From positions 657,917 to 721,916 of the forward strand of contig RHPI01003009.1 in the NCBI GenBank assembly GCA_009103225.1: a stretch of DNA of 64,000 bases, written 5' to 3'. This DNA comes from Chlorokybus atmophyticus. Lineage: Eukaryota > Plantae > Mesostigma and Chlorokybus algae. Each line of letters starts with the position of its first letter. The first letter of the stretch is position 1. The translations under genes and the position numbers were made by a program. The notes below the pieces were generated by a model. That model did no database searches. It had not been told where the DNA came from and saw nothing but the letters and a program-made list of their open reading frames with translations. Shown piece by piece: positions 13,694 to 24,860 of this stretch.

Positions 13694-14241
13694 GTCTCTG
13701 CGCACGTGTTTGCACGCGTGGGTGTGCACATTGGTGTGTGCATGTCTGTGTGTGCGGCTGTCTGTGTCTGTGTGTGTGCGCATGCGTGCATGCGTGTGCT
13801 TGAGCGCGTGGATTTGCTCTAGTGTGTGCATGGGTGCATGCGCGTGTGTGTGCAGTCTACGCACCTTATACAAGGTGCAAGGTGGCCGCTAGCAGGTAAG
13901 TTGGTCGTGTCCACGCTCACAATGCAAGGCGGCATGCATTGCCTGCACCAGAACACAGTGACACTGCCCGACAACAGCAATGACCATGATGACGTCAACT
14001 ACAACGGAAGCAATCATTCGCACGTCCATGCTCGCGCCCAAGCGGACATCCTCGCCGCCGCCGCCGCCGCCGCCGCTGCAAGCTACACAGTCACGTGTGG
14101 CCTTCACGGCCTGGAAAGGCCAAGAACACAGCGGCGGCCAAAGGAGGCGCCGGCGGTGGGGAAGAGGCGGCCAAGTAGCAAGGAGATAGGCTAGACGAGG
14201 ACGAGGAGTAGGACGAGGACGAGGAGCAGGAGGTGGGAGGT

Positions 14242-15316
14242 ATGGACACGTTCTTCAACGTGTTGGGTGCGGGGAGCGGCGTGGTGCTGGCGATAGCGCT
14301 GGTGCCGCAGATCCACAAGACCTGGAAGACGCGCTCAGCCGACGACCTCTCTTACCTCTGGTAAGGGAGCCTGCTGCTCAGCTTGCTACCTTGGCTGCTT
14401 GCTCACTCAGCGTAGCATGCTTGCGTTCTTGGAAATGCTGGCTTGCTTGCTACGTTGCTACGTTGCTTGATTCATTGGCATGCGTGACACGCTCGCTCGC
14501 TTGCTTAAATGCGATTAGCTCAGCATGCTCACCAAGCCTACCATATGGCTCGGTTGCTTATATGCTTGCTTGTGCTTTGTTTTTGTGAAACATCACTCAA
14601 CTGCCAAAAGGTAGTTACGTCACACTCAATGTCACTACCTTTATGCAGCTTGTGCATGACAGCGATGTCATTACTTGGTGTCAGCTACCATCAAGCGTGA
14701 AATGAGTATATATGCTAAGACCCCTTCTCTCAGAGAACAGAACACATTGTGCTCGCACGCTGACTACTCTAGCATCACAGCACAGACCTATGTGCTGTCT
14801 TGAAGCTAAGTTTGGGGACACGACTCCATTTGCCGGTCGATTGAGATTGAACGTTTTTATGCAAATTTTGTAACTGCGTCGTTGTGTCTTTGCGTTTTGC
14901 CTCAGGCAGGCGATATTCATCCTCGGGCTGGTGATGTTCGAAGCATATGCACTGTACTTCCGATTGTGGCCAGTGTTTGCTGCGGAAGCGTGCGAGCTCG
15001 CCTGCCTGATCGTTCTGACCGCATTGAAGGCAAGAAGACGAAGCATTCTCTGCGTGTATCATGCTGTTATGCACCACACACACGTGCGCGCGTGCAGGCA
15101 CATTTAGGATAGGATATTCAATACACACACGTATATGTGCGCGTGATGCAGGTTTGGGTGGACAGGTTGAAGCGCCAGCAGAGGCATGCTCGAAATGCGC
15201 TGCCCTCAACTAATACAGACCTGGACCCTTCTTCACAGCAGCCTCGCCGGTTGTTTCATTCAGAAGGCAGGCTACAGGTTGAAGACCGCAGACCGCAGAT
15301 ACATGAGATACCTTGA
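14242..15316 (+). CDS. SemiSWEET / single PQ-loop (MtN3-like) 3-TM transporter, about 135 aa
   Basis: Exons 14242-14360, 14906-15029 and 15152-15316 give MDTFFNVLGAGSGVVLAIALVPQIHKTWKTRSADDLSYLWQAIFILGLVMFEAYALYFRLWPVFAAEACELACLIVLTALK plus a hydrophilic tail. The second intron would be GC-AG (AAG|GCAAGA). Confidence 0.82.
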
Positions 15317-15650
15317 CTACTTGTAGGTTGTATGGATGAACTATTGATGTGCCAGTATTGTGTGGCATATATGCAGAGAAATGTGTAGCTATATTGTGCA
15401 GACTGATTGAAGCTGCTACATTGGTCAGTCATTGACTAACTACCTGGAGACTATCTGAGTGAAGCCAATCACTTTGAAGCAACTGTGGCTTATTGTGCAT
15501 GCAACGGAGTGTCACAGAGCCCGTATGTTAGACCACTATTTAGTCAACCATTTGTTCATATGGTGTCTATACTTTCTCGACCTCAGGTTCCTCATCACAT
15601 AACTAATTGGACAGCATGACGATATGCCGCATTACACCTAGACTCGGCAT

Positions 15651-16635
15651 GGTTGTCATGGGGTCGTCGTCATCAGCACTATCGTCGTCATCCTTGTCAT
15701 CCTTGCCATCCTTGCCGTCCAATGTCACACTGCCTCACCCAAGCCTTTGCCTGCCTCCTACCTTGTGCAGGTAGTTTGGCAGGGCCATCATAGCTGCTAC
15801 TGCCTGCCTACTGCCTGCCTCACTGCCTGCCTTGCATGCACATAGGTCCAGCCCCATAGCTAGCTAGTTGTATGTGCCTTGTGGTGGTCTATATTGCTTT
15901 GGTTGTTGTGTATCTGCTTGTGGCCCCTCTGTTATACCCTATGCACGTTCGGATAACACCCGCAGTGACATTGACAATGCCGTTCACCTCACACATGGAC
16001 ACAATGTGAGTCGAATCGCACACAGCTCGTATATTGCGCATTGCTGCCAGTGTTTGCCGTCTACCGTGTGCAGCTCGTGCAGCATTACCGTTTCAACTCT
16101 TTTCACAAGAAGCAGCTGGGGTACACAATTTTCCTCACAATGCTTGCACACCAACTGACAGAGCCCATGTGGGTAGGTAATGCACTACTAATACGCATGT
16201 ATGCATGCCTAACGCGGAGGTCTAAACTACTGTAGTGAGGAACAAACAGTGTGTATAGCCCGGTGGTTGTGTTGTAATGTGCTTGCATGTTATTGTTTGG
16301 CATGCTGTGAGTGAGGTAATGCATGTCTCCAACTACTGCCAGCATATCCTGTGTACACTGCAAGCAGACAGGGCAACTGGAGACTCGACGCCCTGTGATG
16401 CATAACATACAAATTGTGCACGGGCAATGAACTTGACCACAACCTCACCCGCAGTTGATAACGTTATAGCTGCTACCTGTCTGCCAAAATTGCTCGTCTT
16501 ACTCCAAACACAAGGCCCCATACAAGTACATAGCCAGTCTACCCGTACCAAGCCAGACCGTACGCAGTACAACCTCCCTCTGCACCCGGCAGCGCACACA
16601 CAAACACACTGTACAGGGGCTGCACATCACAACCC
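15651..16635. repeat. Dispersed repeat, copy B (same family as 3890-4426), with imperfect terminal inverted ends
   Basis: Same ordered blocks as copy A. Ends GGTTGTCATG (15651) and CATCACAACC (16625-16634) are near reverse complements. No TSD recognised. Confidence 0.7.
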
Positions 16636-16692
16636 TAGCAGGTTACTTTGCAGCCTGTTAGCATAGTCTATACCCAATCAACCAACTTGCCT

Positions 16693-18070
16693 CTATCGGC
16701 GCCTTCGCGGCTCCTCGTCAATTACCTCCGCTTCAATGACTTCAGCATCAATCACATCCTCATATGCGCCACCAGACCCCGACAGCAAGTCTACGCGGCG
16801 ACCCGTGTCAGTCTCCAGGATACAAGTCTTGATGCTGTAGTTGGCCGCCTGTGTGCCCTCGCCAACAACCGTCACCGCGCCCACGCCATGCTGCCCTTGC
16901 ACGCGAAAGGCCATGGTTACACTTGTTGTAGCTTTGCCGACACCTCCCGAGGAGAACATCGAGTTGGACTGCATTGTCGAATGCGGGGGCGCCGTGGCCA
17001 AACTGCTTCCCAGCACACGCGCGGCTTCGGGACTTCTCAACAACAGCTCCTTGGCTTTTGTGTACACAACATTACTGCTTTCAATCGGCGCTGCCTGCGA
17101 CAACACCTGACTAGCGAGGTCGAAAATGGAGCCGCTGCCGCCAACAATATCTTCAGGATATCGCGACAGCGGGCCTGCTTGCTGCTGCCGTTGCTGCTGT
17201 TGTTGCATCTGTTGCATCCTTTGCAGTTGTGACAAGCTGCTCGCTGCTCGCTGCTGCTGCTGCGTCTGCTTCAAAAGCTCGTCCAATGCACTGCCCGGTG
17301 TTACCAACCGCCTCCCCGTCAACCTCAGCAGGCCGTAGCTGACCGCACCCACCAACAACAAGATCACGCCGATGCCCACAAAGAAGGCAAAACTCGACAA
17401 GAAAAGCACCTGCACAGCAGCTCATGTCAGGTTTATAACCTCCATGCCAGCACCACAATGACAGGTGGCTCGCCAGAATGTGTTGAGACAAGCAAATGTC
17501 ACAAATGCGCTTGAATACGACAACACATGACAGCAAAGTCACAGCGCAATACAATATGACAAGCAGCAGCGCATACAACTGAGCATAACTTATGAGTATG
17601 CACAGTGACGAGAGGCTTTGAAGTCTGCGTACCGTGCCAGCAACAGCAGCCGCGCCAAATGCAAGTGACGACAGCACACTGTTCTCTCTGATTGCTCTGC
17701 CAGTATTACGCAGGACTCTGCTAAGGTACTCCTGCGGGGACTCGCGTCCTGAGCCCGACGCCATACACCTCACCGGTGATCGAACAGACAGTGTTGCTGG
17801 AGAAAAGGAAACTGCGTTGCTGCGGCTGTAATTAAGTGCAGTTCCCAAGAACGGCGACTTCATTCTTGGCAAATTCATAGCCAGTGCATGCCTTGACGGC
17901 TGCTGTGCGCGCACAGTGTGCAGTCTGGCAGGCGCAGCTTGTGTTTGCACAGCCATACAGCGCAATCGCAGCGCTGTGCATGGCTGAGTGCTCCGCACTG
18001 CACTAGACATGTGCATGGCTGGCGACATGAGCTTCGCTACAGCACGCTGCATAAGAGCGCCCTCGCTCAT
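16693..18070 (-). CDS. Plastid-targeted membrane protein with a C-terminal TIM21/Coa1-like domain
   Basis: Two exons (about 18070-17633 and 17409-16693; phase-0 GT-AG intron). The protein has an Ala/Ser/Arg-rich transit-like N-terminus, a TM hairpin and a Gln-rich linker. These precede YTKAKELLLRSPEAARVLG...FRVQGQHGVGAVTV...YSIKTCILETDTGRRVDL and the tail DVIDAEVI. The domain name is a motif-level inference; the start is uncertain. Confidence 0.7.
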
Positions 18071-19197
18071 AACAGCAGCCAATGCAACTGGTCAATGTCC
18101 TGAGTACCACCTGCAGCCAGATACAGTGTTAGACGCAATCTTTCTCTTGATTCTTGCAGTATGCTTCACACAAGACAGACCGCAAGGGCTGAGATGCAGC
18201 CATGCATGACAACAGCAGACTGCAACTCGCAGCTGACTATTGGTACAAAGCTGACAGGTATGGAGGACAGGCAGGTGACCATGTCAACTACCTACGGCCG
18301 TTTTGCCATACGTAAACATTGCTCAGAGGATTCATGGATGGGCTCGTTTCTGTGCAAAACGGCAGCAGGGTGCGAACAAGCATGCTTACAGGCAATGCAG
18401 AACCGACCGGCTACTAGAGGCTGGTCCAAGCGAACACCAGCAGAGATGGACTTAACAACAGTCAGTTGACAGCAATCGGTGTAAACTGCTGACGAACCCA
18501 ACACCATGCAAGCACAAACCCTAGCACCCCTCCAACTATGATACAGAGTAAGGCAGCACTTCTCACCGCTGAGGTCGGTTACGTACACCACTTCAGAGAG
18601 CAAAGAACACAACCACCAACCCGCTGGCGTCCGCCACCGCCACCGCCACGCCGCCAACGTCGAGAACCTCCTCACCAATACCACTGTTGTGTTGTGCCAA
18701 GCAAAGATATATCCACTTCGCGTTACGCGCACTGTCGGGACAACTGGACTGAGCAAGGTCCCGCTTCGAGAAGGACATCCAATGATGGCGTACATGCAAG
18801 ACATGGGCCCACATAATGGTGATTTCGGAGGTGACAGCCCTGGTAAGAGTCCTGCAAAAGGAAGTTACCTGTTTCTGTGGGTTCCTGCATCCGTAAGTTT
18901 CCAAGGTGCAAGTGGTACCAAACTGTACGAGCGCGACCTTGTGCGGCCACGACAGTGCCATAGAACTGAGCCTCGCTACAGTCTACCCTCGCCAAGCGCA
19001 TACCGTAGGGACACAAACTGTTCGTGCCTTGCACTGTTTATCCATTTGCTTCTAGGTTCGTCCCGCCTCGCTCATGAATACTCGGCTATTCGTCCCTCGA
19101 TATAAGGGAGGCCAGCACTAGTAGTGGTAGTTCATCATGCAACTAGCGATTATGCTCGTCCCCGATCGTTTATCGTTTTACGCCCCCAATAGCCGCT

Positions 19198-19354
19198 ACC
19201 GTATTTGCCCGGATACACCCCCCCTGATTCACCAAGCCCCATTGATTTTGAGGGGGGGGCTTTGTTTGACACCCCCCGTTTTACGGGCAAAGTAGTGCCC
19301 TAATACACCCCCCCTCGTTGATTATGCGGGGGGGCGTTGTTTTGGCAAATACGG
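19198..19354. mobile_element. 157-bp MITE with CCGTATTTGCC terminal inverted repeats (Tc1/mariner-pogo type)
   Basis: CCGTATTTGCC at 19198 and GGCAAATACGG ending at 19354. The left flank is TA and the right flank TG (possibly a mutated TA). Confidence 0.55.
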
Positions 19355-20669
19355 TGGTCAGCCGGCCACCGGCCATACTTCATGTTATATCACCCCGACA
19401 GGCCGGCGCCAAGCGGCACTTGCGCCACGACCGGTCGGTGCTCATGGCCGGTTATTGAAAGCGTTAGGGCGTTAGAGCGGGAGGGACGCTGCTTGATGGT
19501 TTTCCAACTTTTTGTTTATCGGCGCTAGATGTTTATTTATCTTTTCGTTTGATCCATTTGTATCATTAGTTTCAAAACGAACAGTTTGTGTCCCTACGGT
19601 ACTAGTTTTCCTGCGCCATCCCACAGTCGGAACGCCAACACACAAACCCTTGTTGGAAATCGCGGTGTGTCGCCTGTGTTGTCGCGTAGGTCGCCTAGTC
19701 GACGTCTCAATGGGTTGACCGAGAAACGCCCTTGTACATCTGTTGACGTCGACAGTGTGATGGCTTACGATGATTAGGGTTTCGGTCCACTAGCCCTTAA
19801 AGCGCGTATAAGCACTGACTTTCGGCGGCGACAGGTCGAAAACGACCCGTCCATTAGCCGTCAAAGTCCACCAATTGTCGCCGACTTGGCCGACTTCGCC
19901 GTCAAAGCAGGGCCTTTTTACCATTTGTTTGACCCCACCTCTCGAGGTGAACCATTTCATGAATTCCCGCCAAAACAGCATGCACACGGAAGTCTTCACG
20001 GCACTGGCGTAGGCGGCGGCGGCAAGTGAGCATTAGCAGTACTGGTTGTTGCAGAAACTATGTGTTGGATGACAGTTTGTGTGATTAGGGGCGTTGATGG
20101 GTTGCTTGTGTATGTATTGTTAGTGTGGATTGCAATAGTTGTCCACACAGGCAGACGACGCTCAAAAAATTGCTCTAGTGATAGCGCTAGCGTCACATTA
20201 TAATATCTCCAGGTTGTACACACAGCATTCACATGTGCTTGTCTCAATAAAACATGTTCTTGTGTGTGAGACTAATGAGAAGCGTTGTGTTGTAGTTGTT
20301 ACGCAGCATGGCTTGTGATTACACCAGCATTGCGGCTGATGGTAATGTCATAGTAAATAATGATGTACACGGCTAGGGTAATTGCTGATTGAAATATTGA
20401 TTGCTTGTTGCGTAGCTTGGCGCTACGAGAACTTTCTTTTAACTAGTAAGGATTCACCGCACACGCAGCCGCGCATGCCACCCCTTCCTCATCGCCCTTC
20501 GGCTATGCATGCTGTAGAGATGTCGTATCTATATCCACCAGTTTTGCTTGACGCGCCCGATGATGCTAGTCAAGTAGCCCTGAGAGTGCCACACGATATT
20601 CAAGGCTTGTCCAACAACTTTGTGCACACACATACACATACACATGCTCTCCCTCTCCCTTCCCCCCCC

Positions 20670-21115
20670 NNNNNNNNNNNNNNNNNNNNNNNNNNNNNNN
20701 NNNNNNNNNNNNNNNNNNNNNNNNNNNNNNNNNNNNNNNNNNNNNNNNNNNNNNNNNNNNNNNNNNNNNNNNNNNNNNNNNNNNNNNNNNNNNNNNNNNN
20801 NNNNNNNNNNNNNNNNNNNNNNNNNNNNNNNNNNNNNNNNNNNNNNNNNNNNNNNNNNNNNNNNNNNNNNNNNNNNNNNNNNNNNNNNNNNNNNNNNNNN
20901 NNNNNNNNNNNNNNNNNNNNNNNNNNNNNNNNNNNNNNNNNNNNNNNNNNNNNNNNNNNNNNNNNNNNNNNNNNNNNNNNNNNNNNNNNNNNNNNNNNNN
21001 NNNNNNNNNNNNNNNNNNNNNNNNNNNNNNNNNNNNNNNNNNNNNNNNNNNNNNNNNNNNNNNNNNNNNNNNNNNNNNNNNNNNNNNNNNNNNNNNNNNN
21101 NNNNNNNNNNNNNNN
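20670..21115. other. Assembly gap (446 N) flanked by CT-rich low-complexity sequence
   Basis: Run of N. Confidence 1.
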
Positions 21116-21400
21116 CTCTCCCCCCTCTCCCCCCTCTCCCCCTCTCCGATGCTTCACTTATGTCTGACTGGCCAGTGCATATACAAATAGAGCGTGCAGG
21201 AGCAGCTGTTGGGGAGGGTGGGAGAGCGCACTTAAAGCGTCAAATTTATAAGGGTCCTCACAATAGTGATAGTGACAACGAGAACTTCAATTATTATACG
21301 AGCACTCACCAACTAAGTGACTGTATCACAAATCACTTTTCAAAACCTGTTGTTGCAATGAGCTGAGTATTCACTTCATATTACTATGCAAGGATGAACT

Positions 21401-22558
21401 GGATGAGGAGATCATTACAGCTGCGAAGGCAGTCCTTGCTGACCCCACCCCGCTGCCATTGGGGCGTAGTCGAGGTGCAAGTGGTTGAGGCCGCGCCAAA
21501 GCTGCGCGTGGGGGCCGTGGCAGAGCTGGTGCAAGATGCGGAGTTTTTTTGGGCCACGAGCTCTCACAGAAGAGGCGGTTCAGAGCGCCACTAGAGCGCC
21601 GCGTTAGAAGGTTAATGAGAATGTCGCTCTCATCCATGCTCGGAAGAACAACATTGATCTTCACGAGACGCAGCGTGTACAGTATACAACTCGGGCTGGA
21701 CGTGGTCAGCAACTAACTGCTACAGCAGGGGTACGTTGATGCATGCGGCATTACAATGTGCCTCTGATTGCTTGATCTTTAAATGTTGCTACAAATCAGC
21801 ACTGCATATAACCTTACACACTGATGGCAGCAACGGTGGGACGCCATATAGGCTGCACTGGAGCGCTGAGGCCACTCTCAACACGGTCCAACATGCCAAA
21901 GAAGGTTTAAAAGTATCTATCTTGAGTGGAAGGAGATACACTACTACGAAAAGCGCAGCGGTCGTTGTAAAGTACAACGATTTAGCAGCAGATGAGTGCA
22001 AGGCGGTGAAGCCAGTTAATTTTGATGAGGACATCACTGCGGCTTTCTACACCGGCTTTGGCCATCTCTCCGTCATGACGGGGAAGGGTGCATTCGATAG
22101 CGGTGAGGCAGGTGATGAATTACCCGATCACAAGGCAAGTGGTAGTGAAGCGGTGCATAACGACAACTCCCCATCAGGTGTGTCCATGCTGATAATTCAA
22201 GTGTCAGACCATATGTTAAACCGTTAATGGCACTCATTGTGTGTACTGTTTGCTTACCAACTGTTATGGCTTGTGACAGACGATGTTCGCAACAACCTGT
22301 CACCACTCATGGACTCCACACCCACCTCACACTGGAAGGCGCAAGAGGCGTAGGCTTAACTCATACACCAGTCCGCATCAACAGATGGCAGAGAGCATGA
22401 GCGAGTTTGTGAAGGTGATTGATCGACGCAATGAGACTGAAGACAAGCGTGTCGAGGTGCAAGAGCGTAACTCCGCATTGGTGTCTGCGTTTTCGGGCTT
22501 GAAAGACGTGTTTGGTATTCTGGCATCAGTTATGTCACAGCGTGGGTTACAACGGTAG
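21401..22558 (+). pseudogene. Harbinger accessory Myb/SANT-like protein remnant
   Basis: R*KVNENVALIHARK at about 21602-21646 resembles the W-x3-E-x3-L-I Myb/SANT helix 1, with W mutated to TAG. A coiled-coil-like C-terminal exon lies at 22386-22558. The gene is convergent with the transposase, as expected for Harbinger. Confidence 0.45.
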
Positions 22559-23147
22559 CTAGTTTATAAATCTGTGGATCACGACAAGCGCATGCGCAAC
22601 CACACAAGTTGTGCAGTAGCCGTTTGCGTGTTTGATGGAAGAGTTGTGTTAAGCAATGAGTATTTAAGCACTTGAATTATGCAAGAGTCTGTGCAGGTGC
22701 ATGCATGCGCGCATGCAACCACAATACATCTTGCATGTTGACGCAGATGCTGCAGCTTTATAATGATGATGTATGCGTACAATCTACATATTGTTTGCAT
22801 ACTTGCACGGATATTGCAGCTCCATAATGCGTGCTTGTGGGCGTGCACATGTGTGCAAAGGAGGAAGGGAGGGAGGGAGGGAGGGACACATATGTTGCAA
22901 CTTCATTATGCTGGCGCACGCATGCAACTTACATGTACCTTGCATGCTTACACAGATGTTGCAGCTCTGTCATGTGTGCTTGTGCGCGTGCGCATGTGTG
23001 CGAAGGAGGAAGAGAGGGAGGGAGGGAGGGAGGGAGCGATGGAGACAGGGAGAGGGGGAGTAATACATGTGCACGCGCACATGTATGCACTCACAAGCAT
23101 GCTAAGCATCCACGCGAAGAGATGACAACGCAAGGCAGGTAATCTCA

Positions 23148-24860
23148 TTAACAATTAATGTCCAATACTGCTTCTCGAATAGACAAAGCGACATGATCAA
23201 CAGGCTCTTTTCCATGCGCCCCAGGCAAGTACTCTCTAACAGCAAACTCAACATCATTCATGTAAAAACCATCTCTGCAATTCATGATAATAATAATGTT
23301 GTGCAAAATGACAGCAGAGTACACCAAGCGCAGCAATTCCAAATAGTTGGAGCGAATCTTTTGTCATAGCAGACCAAACACGCCTTTCAACACGCCAAAT
23401 GCACGCTCCACACCCTTGCGCGCTGACTTGTGTAGTGTGTTATACGCTTGCTGTCTACGCGTCAACCAATCCGTCCTCCCTGCGTATGGCAGCAACAACC
23501 AAGGCAACGAGAAGTATCCTTCATTGCCCAACAAGTATTGAGGCACAATCACCATACCCTCCCCCGCAATAGTCCTTGGGATTGCATCCAATGACGCGTC
23601 TCAACGGCTTTGAAGAATCGAGACAGACGCAAACCCTGGCATTATTGAAACTACCCGCCCAACATACACTGATGTTATCATACATCATACATCGCAGCGA
23701 CAGGTCGCATACCGCTTGCATGATGATGCTATTGTTCTACTGCCTGTCAAAATAAGCGGCCCCACCTTTAATGCTCGGCTGTCCATGCAGCACGAAGAGT
23801 GTGCAATTGATAAAGCCAACACAATTGCAAAACCTATACTTGCGTTGGTTGTCAGCGCTGAATTCCTGAAGCTTTGCTGCTGATGAGAAGTCCAAGCGAC
23901 TACCTTTTTCTTAATGCTCTGATCACCTCCTTGATGGCTTTGCATGCAGTTGTCTCCCCCACCGCAAACTGCTTAGCGAGCTTCAAATGGTCGAGGCCTT
24001 TGGCCAAGCGCACAAGATAGATGCCCAATGCTTCTCAACGGGAATGGCGTCTTTGAATCTAGTGTCCTGTCATCATCATGTCAGGCGCAACATTCATTTC
24101 ATGGATGTTACCCTGCACTCACGCATGCACGCAGACGAGTGCGCACACATACATGCAATGTGACTGCGTATATACCATCACACACCAGATTTGAACACCT
24201 GCACGCACGCCATGTGTCTGCGCGCACAGTTAGACCCATTGCACACATGCGTGTATGCATGCGCATGTGTGCGGTGCTGGTGTATATGAGCATAAATAGG
24301 TATGCAACCACATGCATTGCAGCTGCACACAAACAGCGCACCACAACAACCTGCTTGATGAGGATGGGCCCCAGCCTTTCACACAATTGTTTTTATGGTC
24401 TTCGGGACACACGAAATGTTCGCTTGAATTCCAAGTCATTTGTTAACACCCTAGACATGAAATTATTGTAGCCACCTTGAGTGTGGCTTCACATACCACT
24501 CGCCAACCCGTCTACATTTTGTTGGCAAATCCCGGCGCCACACAAAGACGCCATGCACATGACCTTCCTCTGTCTAAGCTGCGTGATACAACGTGAGATG
24601 ACGCCGTAGTGTCAATAAGGCTAGAAATGTAGTGGCTAACATTAGGGTCAACACAACGTCTTCCAATGTGGCTTGGTCTCTCTCTTGCTCTAAAGCTTCA
24701 ATTGCCTCAAGCAACTGTTGCACATGTTGTGCAAATGTCGCAACATCATCGGACACTTGTTGGCAATGCACCGTGATGCACATTGCCAACAGAGACAGAG
24801 TTTCTTTAGGACTTTTCTGATGCATTGTGGCTAACAACTGCTGGGGATTCTGCATGAGTT
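23148..24860 (-). pseudogene. Harbinger DDE transposase (DDE_Tnp_4-like), inactivated
   Basis: Fragments DLEFKRTFRVSRRP*KQLCERLGPIL, DAIPVEK...LAKGLDHLKLAKQFAVGETT and YLLGNEGYFSLPWLLLPY...YNTLHKSARKGVERAFGVLK. There are stops and frameshifts, and the catalytic GD reads GN. Confidence 0.9.

Noticed and set aside
13425-13892. HTHT / CVCV repeat ORFs
   Set aside because: Translations of a (TG)n microsatellite, not genes.
17153-18082. 309-aa ORF as a single-exon gene
   Set aside because: It reads through the intron at 17632-17410; the spliced model fits better.
18790-19000. Possible SWIM zinc finger (CFCG...CGH)
   Set aside because: Interrupted by a stop, with no supporting transposase context; too short to call.
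19774-19783. TTAGGGTTT resembling a telomere repeat
   Set aside because: It is the TTA TSD plus the start of the Harbinger TIR; there is no tandem telomeric array.
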